From an uncultured Nitrososphaeria archaeon (lineage in GTDB: Archaea > Thermoproteota > Nitrososphaeria_A > Caldarchaeales > Wolframiiraptoraceae), in contig CAZILE010000001.1 in NCBI GenBank assembly GCA_964540045.1, positions 1-43,621 of the forward strand: a stretch of 43,621 nt of DNA, in the 5' to 3' direction. Both the position numbers and the translations under genes were made by a program. The notes under the pieces were generated by a model. The model searched no databases, was not told the origin of the DNA, and was given only the letters and a program-made list of their open reading frames with translations. Shown one piece after another: positions 43,349 through 43,621 of this stretch; position 1 is the first letter of the stretch; every line of letters starts with the position of its first letter.

Positions 43349-43621
43349 CCGCCTCAAAGACTATCAATCTCCAGCAGGGCCTTCCAAGCCTATCGTAAAC
43401 GTACTCCGCATCTGAAAGACTTGATATATAGTCCATTAAGTTTATGAGATTTCTGCCGAAGGGATAGGTGCAGTAATCGACCACGCGTGGACTCAATCCC
43501 ACATCACGCATGAGTTTATACGCTCTCCCTATCCCGACCAGAGAAATTACCGGAGCCAGCAGCCGCCCGCCTTTCTCCAGATGCTCGGGAGCTTTCATGA
43601 TAACCTTATTCAATATCATCC
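43338..43621 (-). CDS. C-terminal part of a probable class I SAM-dependent methyltransferase (5' end outside window)
   Basis: The open frame runs to the window edge. LEKGGRLLAPVISLVG..LMRDVGL resembles the post-motif region of Rossmann methyltransferases. Weak assignment. Confidence 0.35.
   Translation of the reverse strand, partial: MILNKVIMKAPEHLEKGGRLLAPVISLVGIGRAYKLMRDVGLSPRVVDYCTYPFGRNLINLMDYISSLSDAEYVYDRLGRPCWRLIVFEAARV

Noticed and set aside
1-43621. CRISPR arrays, IS elements, integrases, prophage genes, tRNA and rRNA genes.
   Set aside because: There are no spaced direct repeats and no transposase- or integrase-like ORFs, and the intergenic gaps are too short (mostly under 120 bp) to host such RNA genes. 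The window looks like stable core chromosome.

Overview
This is a gene-dense (about 90% coding), compact archaeal chromosomal segment. I found no rRNA, tRNA, CRISPR array, transposase or integrase. Archaeal hallmarks include the PolD large subunit, GatD/GatE, sn-glycerol-1-phosphate dehydrogenase, the thiolase/HMG-CoA synthase/DUF35 mevalonate operon, the rpl21e-rpoF-DUF655-ksgA-rpl10e cluster, S17e, Cgi121, tRNA splicing endonuclease and CdvB/CdvC. PolD plus Cdv division genes plus a eukaryote-type ubiquitin operon points to a TACK-type lineage resembling Aigarchaeota (Caldiarchaeum-like). That placement is an inference and was not verified. Four loci stand out. (1) 17986-21111 is a complete eukaryote-like ubiquitylation cassette: a JAMM/Rpn11-like isopeptidase divergent from ubiquitin-like (ends GG-stop), E2, E1 and a small RING-like finger. 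A second, membrane-anchored protein with the same finger spacing lies 1.3 kb downstream, and two coiled-coil genes sit between. (2) 14058-14372 encodes a separate Urm1/SAMP-like beta-grasp protein ending in GG, next to Cgi121. (3) 32205-34048 is a CdvC(Vps4)/CdvB(ESCRT-III) pair. It is directly followed on the same strand by (4) 34166-38655, a translationally coupled NurA-like/HerA-like nuclease-ATPase pair without Mre11/Rad50. That pair is flanked by four paralogous small proteins (shared N-terminal beta-hairpin module plus C-terminal winged helix) and a bidirectional promoter carrying a perfect 17-bp palindrome. I could not assign this module to any described system. The thiolase of the mevalonate operon also appears to carry Glu in place of the nucleophilic Cys. 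The rest is housekeeping: C1/methionine metabolism, translation, lipid and amino-acid biosynthesis.
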